Part shown: positions 56,518 through 64,000 of the stretch, piece after piece
How the letters are laid out: each line of letters begins with the position of its first letter
Numbering within the stretch: position 1 is the stretch's first letter
Assembly: GCA_964016885.1 (NCBI GenBank)
Contig: OZ024753.1
Location: forward strand, 2,108,001-2,172,000
DNA length: 64,000 nucleotides
Source: Eledone cirrhosa
Lineage: Eukaryota
Direction of reading: 5' to 3'
The notes under the pieces: generated by a model
What the model was told of the DNA's origin: nothing
The model's input: the letters and a program-made list of their open reading frames with translations, nothing else
Databases searched by the model: none
Made by a program: the position numbers and the translations under genes

Positions 56518-56706
56518 GGCGGTGAATTGGCAGTATCGGTAGAGGGTCGGACGCCATGCTTTCCAGCATAGGTACATCCCTTTACGGTCTGAGTTCAAAT
56601 CCCGTCGCGTGTAACTTTGCCTTTCATCCTTACGGGGTCGATAAAATAAAGTACCAGTAATGTACTGGGAATTTGCTGGCCTTGTGCCAAGAGTAGAAAA
56701 AATTGT
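56518..56706 (+). mobile_element. Full-length family A SINE; other copies or fragments near 24280, 26235, 35100, 38750, 44960, 47700, 48460, 56034, 57021, 58618, 60170, 60677 and 63820
   Basis: A and B boxes, central domain and tail match 45543-45733. Confidence 0.87.
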
Positions 56707-57220
56707 TTGGAGTGCAGACATTTCATGTGAAAAGTGGCCGGTCCCTCGCCAAGGAAGGGAACTGGATGGAAATGCGCCTCTTTCTTTTGATTGGTGCACG
56801 CCCCCCCCCCCATCCAAGCACCAAAGCCTAGCGACTCTCCAGGATGGAGGTATTATTGTAAAATTGTTGTTGTTGAGGTCTATATTAGTTTTGATAGAGC
56901 AAACTTATGTTTCCTTATATTACAGCTGTGCCCATCTTGCCATTTATTCTGCTATAGTCTCTCTAAAACTAAATTATCGTATGTTACTTTCGAGTTTTGA
57001 TGTAGTAGTGTGTGATATAAGGCGACTAATTGGCAGAGTCGTTAGAACGTCGAATAGAATGCTTCTCAATGTATATTCCAGTTCTCTGAGTTCTGAGTTC
57101 AAATTCAATCATAGCCAATTTTAACTTTCCTCGCTTCGAAGTCGATAACTTAAGTACAAGTTCAATGCCCTATCCTTGTCTCTGTCTATCTACCTCCCCT
57201 CTCTCTCTCTCTCTATATAT

Positions 57221-58514
<1,294 letters not shown>

Positions 58515-61500
58515 GAGAGAGAGAGAGAGAGATAATGGTTTCTGATTTAGGCACAAGCCCTGGTACGTTTTGCATATATATAATTCGATTCTCTTTGTAT
58601 TTTACTAGTACCTATAGACGGTGAATAGGTAGAGCCGTTAGTGGGGTCAGATTAAGAAAACCACGGTATTTGTTCCCACTCTTTGCGCCGCTCTGCTTTT
58701 AAATTCCACCGAGATCAACATTGCCTTTCATCCTTTTGAAGTTGATTAATAAAGTACCAATCCAGTACTGGAGTTGATGCTTCACCTTTCTTTCTCTGCA
58801 AAAAATCGGCTACATTTAGTCATGGAGACATATGTGCTCCGTCAATGTTTACTATGCCCAAGACATGCCATGTCATGACGCCCCCCCCCTACAACCTCAT
58901 CAGGAGTTAAGACCCCTTGTATGTGCAGCATACATATTGTATCTACAATCCATCTCTCTTGAACGGAACCAACATTATTAACTACCTAATAGTGGATACC
59001 TGTGATGAAAGCTAGTCAAGTATTTGTTGTTTAACATTATTTATCTTGCAATGAGTGAAGTGGATAATTTGTTTTTATTTCACTGGTTTTAAAGTTTAAT
59101 TTTGCAGAAGCTCAATAAATTCTTTTTTCTGTTTTATATTAGAGATATTTTTTATTTAGCAACCTAAGCTTTCTTTTATATTTTAATGTAATATCTGCCA
59201 ATGTATTTGAGAACGTAAGCTGGTATTATAGAAGCTTAACGCCTCTCGATCCAAAGATAAGCAGAAGTTCAGTAGATTGCTGTGGTCTGCGAATGGAAAT
59301 ATTAATAGTTAGGTAAAACACAATATATAATATAACTATATGAATGATAAAACAATACACTGTATAGCGAGAATTCTTGTTATATAAAGAACAGTGAAAT
59401 AGAGAAATAGAAGAATGGACTTCCGTCGATTGTGAAGATGAGTGTTCCAGTTTCCTTTTGAGCAACAGAACAGTCTGCTCATGAAATTAACGTTTAAATT
59501 GCTGAACATTCCACAGACACGTGTTCTCTTAACGTAATTCTCAAAGAAATTCAGCGTGACATAGTGTCTGACATGGCTGCTGGTCCTTTGAATTAAATGT
59601 ACAGTCCAGCCGACGGGCTTCCAAACAGTTTCCGTGTACCCGATTTTCTTTACAATACATGGTCAACCTGAGGGTATGGTAGATGTCTATTGCTTAAGAT
59701 TTTAGGTAGTCGGATCAAACTCGCGACCTCATGATTGCAAAGTGAACTTCCTAACCATTCAGCCATGCTGTGACTTTGAACATACTGAATCGTTGTAGTC
59801 TAGAAGTTTAATTCATTCATCAATTAAAAGTTGACTTTTGTAGTTATCGTTTTAATTTAAATTATCATTTGAACAAATATTGATCTTGTTCAAGCAAATC
59901 TTATTTATTTTAACAACCATGGAGACGAGATACTAATCCGATCAAGGTGATTTTTAACCGATCTACTGGGAGTAGTGTAAATGGAACAGGTCCTTTCACT
60001 CTTGCTGCAATGTGCCTCTGGAAAAAATAAAACTACCAATGGACCATTCTACCCGGCTATAATTAAGAATAGTACTATGTATCACTTTCCATCCATTTAT
60101 TCATCCTTCCTTCCATCTATCTGTCTGTCTGTCTGAGAGAAAAAAAGAAGGGAGACAAAGTATCGATTACCAGAATTGGACTAATGTGTTATTTATTGAC
60201 CTTGAAAAGATGAAAGACAAAATTGAATTCAGAGAAATTTGAACTCAGTGTGCAGAGAGTCGGAACGAATACTGTGGAGTATTCTATCTGGTGTTCTTGA
60301 GATTCTGTAAACTAGTCTCTTTATGTATCATTTGAAGCGGCAATGGACCTACGAATTTACTTTCTTTAAAATAAACAAGCTAGTAATTTAAGCTGGAGCT
60401 GTTTTTCACATTGCTTTTATTATTCGATATTGATGCATATCTTAAGAACTTTAGCGATGTAAATAATATGAATTGATCCAACCAAATATTGAAACTATAA
60501 TATAATAATATTTACAACAAAGTATCCAAATGAAACAAAAACGAAGGAAAGGGAAAGAGGAAAAAGAAAAAAAAAACCAAGCAAAGAGGGAAAGGGAGAG
60601 AGCGAGACTACATCACAGTTTGAGCGAAAATTCGGCCGTGCCACGGCAGACAGAATGGCGAAATCATTGCTGCAAATAATTGTTTCTACTTTTGGCACAA
60701 GGCCAGCAATTATCCCAGTGCATAACTGGTACTTTATTTTATCCGCCCCGTAAGGATGAAAGGCAAAGTTAACCACGACGGAACTTGAACTCAGATATAA
60801 TGGCCAGCGACACTCGCTGCAACAGCCATCCACCCCACGGGGCTCCTTCCACTCACAAAGTGAACATCTTAATTTCACGGCTATGCCTGTGCCTATAACA
60901 TTCGAATTTATTTTATGCGTTTATAAGATAATAATTATAAGCATATTATTATATATACTTTGAATGTAGTGGGGCAATAGAAACATGAGAGTACCGGGTT
61001 AAAAGCTTTAAACCATTTGCTTTCCTTTTCCTCGGTTTCCCATCGGGTTGGTTTTGCTTCTCTCCTCCCCAATTATATAGCAGTGATATACTGAATTGAA
61101 TCTAATCGACTATCCCACGTAGCTGTTTTCAACCCACTGCTAGTTTTAGCTATTATTCCTCTTCAAAAGATAGCTTCGTGCTGAGATAAAATACATACAT
61201 TTTAAGAAACTAACTACCAATGTTCAAATTATTGGTAGTTGTGATTCCTTTCCAAATGACTTACTCTCTTGACAATTCTCTACTGAAGAATGATATCTTT
61301 ACAAAACCAACTGAAAACAATCGGAATCAACTTGTATTACACACGTAGGACTTGACAATAGAAAATATAAAATTAAGTGGTTTTTCATTGGCTAATTTAT
61401 TACATGTACAGACAAAGTTTCTGGATTTTGTTCGCTAGATACCTGAATAGGCGACAAACAAAACATCTCACATTCAGCTTCTGATTGCTTCCCACCTAGC

Positions 61501-61641
61501 TAAGATATATACAGAGTAATACGTGTCTTTAGAATAGAAACCTAAAAGAAAAGAGAGAGAAATTGAGAGAGAGAGAGAGAAAGTGTGAGAGAGAAACAAA
61601 GAGGTGGAAGAGACAGATAGAGCAGAAGCGGTGGAACAGAC

Positions 61642-61679
<38 letters not shown>

Positions 61680-63240
61680 GACAAACAACTGTCTGTGAGA
61701 ACTGAGATAAAGTTTGGCATTCTTCTATTTTCCTATTATTAACTTGAATTTGATTGCAAATATGTGTTGCTTTTACTGTGATAAGTACAGCACTATTTCC
61801 CAAAGGCATCCAACATATTTATATTCCGTAGTTAGCATTGCTTCGGTGACTGCATTAATAATAGCTGTCCTATCGAAAGACTTCCAAGAATGAAACCTTG
61901 TCGAAATGAATCGACTGAAAAATTACAAAATCTTCTGGGCCTATTAATCGAATTCAGGTCATTTCCGTTCACAAACGCATTTGCATACCAATTCGAGCCA
62001 ACTAAAATGACATGATTCATATACTAATTAGAAAGTTTTTGAATCTTTTCCAAACGGCGAGGAACTAATTCTAAACAAACAGCAGCTTTAACGTTGTATT
62101 AGATATATACTGAAGACATGTTTCTTTACAAAACTATATCCTTATTTTTATTTATAACATATCTTGCAGGAACCATATTGGCAGGTGAAGACGATATATA
62201 TCAAAATACGGTTATTTCTCGCTAATGCATATTAAACAAAAAATCAAGGCGACTGTTCTCTTTCTAACATGAATATTTTTCATATTATATTTCCATTGGG
62301 TTATGTTAAGTTACGAAGCAGTACCTGTTTATATATAATTGTCTTCTTCGTGTGTGTGACAAATTTAATGATATGATCTATGTGTTTCACTCGTATGACA
62401 GGCACAAGCCCAATCTGAAGATTTGAATTTAGTTGTTATTTTCTTGCTGCATGTCATTGAGGTGGAGCAGATCTATAATGAAAGGTATTACATTCGTGTT
62501 ACTTCTGCATTCTTCTATATCTGGGCTACATTATCTAATGTGTTCTTCTCTTTAATACGATAAAGAATTAACGGATTTGGTCGCTATTTCTAAAAGGTCG
62601 ATGCTAATGTCAATTCAAGAAGATATACGCATCTTGACGCTATCTGATTGGCCGATAAAAGCTTTATATGAATTAATAATTTTGTGGCTGGTTTTATCTC
62701 CATCTAAGCCGTTTTGCTATTATCCATCATATCTGGTATGCTGTCAATCGCTTCTGTGTTTACTGTGACTTTTACTGTCAGCGACAATTACCTTAAACTC
62801 TATTAATGAGTCAACCTTCTGTTCTGTATCATTTAGTAACTCTCATCATTATATCAACTGTTTTTTTTTGCTAGTTTCCCTAGCAACCCGAGATATGGCA
62901 TCACTGTTAATCGCTGATTGGTTCGAAAGGAAATTACATAGGCATATCTTAGAATCTATCCGTTTTGCTGTCTACTAGACGCCCAGAAGTGTAGCGTAGG
63001 CGGATCTTAGCATCTGTTTGTATTACCAGTCCTCCTTCATTAGCATAATGACATTAACTTTTTATTAACTTTTTAAAACAAAACTACATGAAACTGGTCC
63101 TATGATACCAAACTGTTTATTTTAAAGTATTTATATATATCTAAAAACCTTCCATCTTAATTTTATTTATGAATCTTTAAGTTGTGCTCCAAACACCTGT
63201 TTAACAATGAGGAATCTAATTGTATTATTAAATCCATTCA

Positions 63241-63428
63241 GGGTGGTGGATTCGCAGAATCGGTAGAGTTTCAGACTCCATGCTTTATAGCATAGATTTA
63301 TGGCTCTTTACGTTCTGAGTTCAAATCCCGCCGAGGTTAGCTTTGTCTTTCATCCTTATGGAGTCGATAAAATAAACCACTAGTAATGCAGTGGGGTTGA
63401 TTTAATCGACTTTCCACTCCCCTGAATA
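63241..63428 (+). mobile_element. Family A SINE with 17-bp TSD, nested in an M2 MITE (about 63054-63515)
   Basis: ATTATTAAATCCATTCA at 63224-63240 and ATTATTAAATCCAATCA at 63429-63445. Confidence 0.85.
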
Positions 63429-63596
63429 ATTATTAAATCCAATCAAATTCTTGATTATTTTCAAAAATCAAATGAAAATCATAAACAGTTTCATTCATTA
63501 GAGAGATTTAAATTTGAACATTTACGTTCGAATGATCAATGCACCACGAATTTAACAGACCATTTTACTTTGATCTCTCTCTCTCTCTCCCTTTAT

Positions 63597-63648
<52 letters not shown>

Positions 63649-64000
63649 CGGATTTCTCATGCATTTAACGCTTATTAAATTTTACTCGAAGCTTTGCTAG
63701 AATATGCTTGCTCATGATAACGACATTGGAATCGAACTCAGAACCTCATGGTTTTGAAAAAAACCTCTTAACCACACTGCTATGTCTGTCCTGTTTTGAT
63801 TTCATATTTCGTCGTTGTCTACTTTGCCTTATATACTTCTGTCGTCCATAAAATAAGTATTAGTCATGAACTACTGGAGTTGATTCAATTACTTATACCA
63901 TGCCACAAATTTCTGGCCTTATACCAATATATGAAATCATTTTTTGTATCAATAAACTTATCATGAATAAAATATATGATCTCGAATCGAAGATGTGTTT

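Overview
This is AT-rich, microsatellite-dense eukaryotic DNA. Its repeat inventory (tRNA-derived SINEs, RTE-tailed elements, huge TA/TATG arrays) looks like an Octopus/coleoid cephalopod genome; this assignment is an inference. The only well-supported gene is the 3' part of nephrocystin-4 (NPHP4) on the + strand. It has five coding exons (10151-10240, 13534-13690, 21699-21817, 26712-26878, 30462-30987) with canonical GT-AG sites, fully consistent phases and a stop at 30985-30987; the upstream exons lie outside the window. Almost all long ORFs in the supplied track are artefacts of dinucleotide repeats. The rest is a mosaic of SINEs, RTE/CR1/R4/CRE LINE fragments, piggyBac-type and hAT MITEs, a non-autonomous Helitron, minisatellites built from SINE parts, and two large fold-back inverted repeats. 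The most interesting signals are minimal type-I hammerhead-ribozyme-like motifs. One lies at 37739-37820 behind an inverted repeat, octamer and TATA. One lies at 42953-43011 inside a Penelope-like inverted-repeat structure. A degenerate one is at about 20900. There are also weakly supported candidate exons of unknown genes at 46-62 kb.
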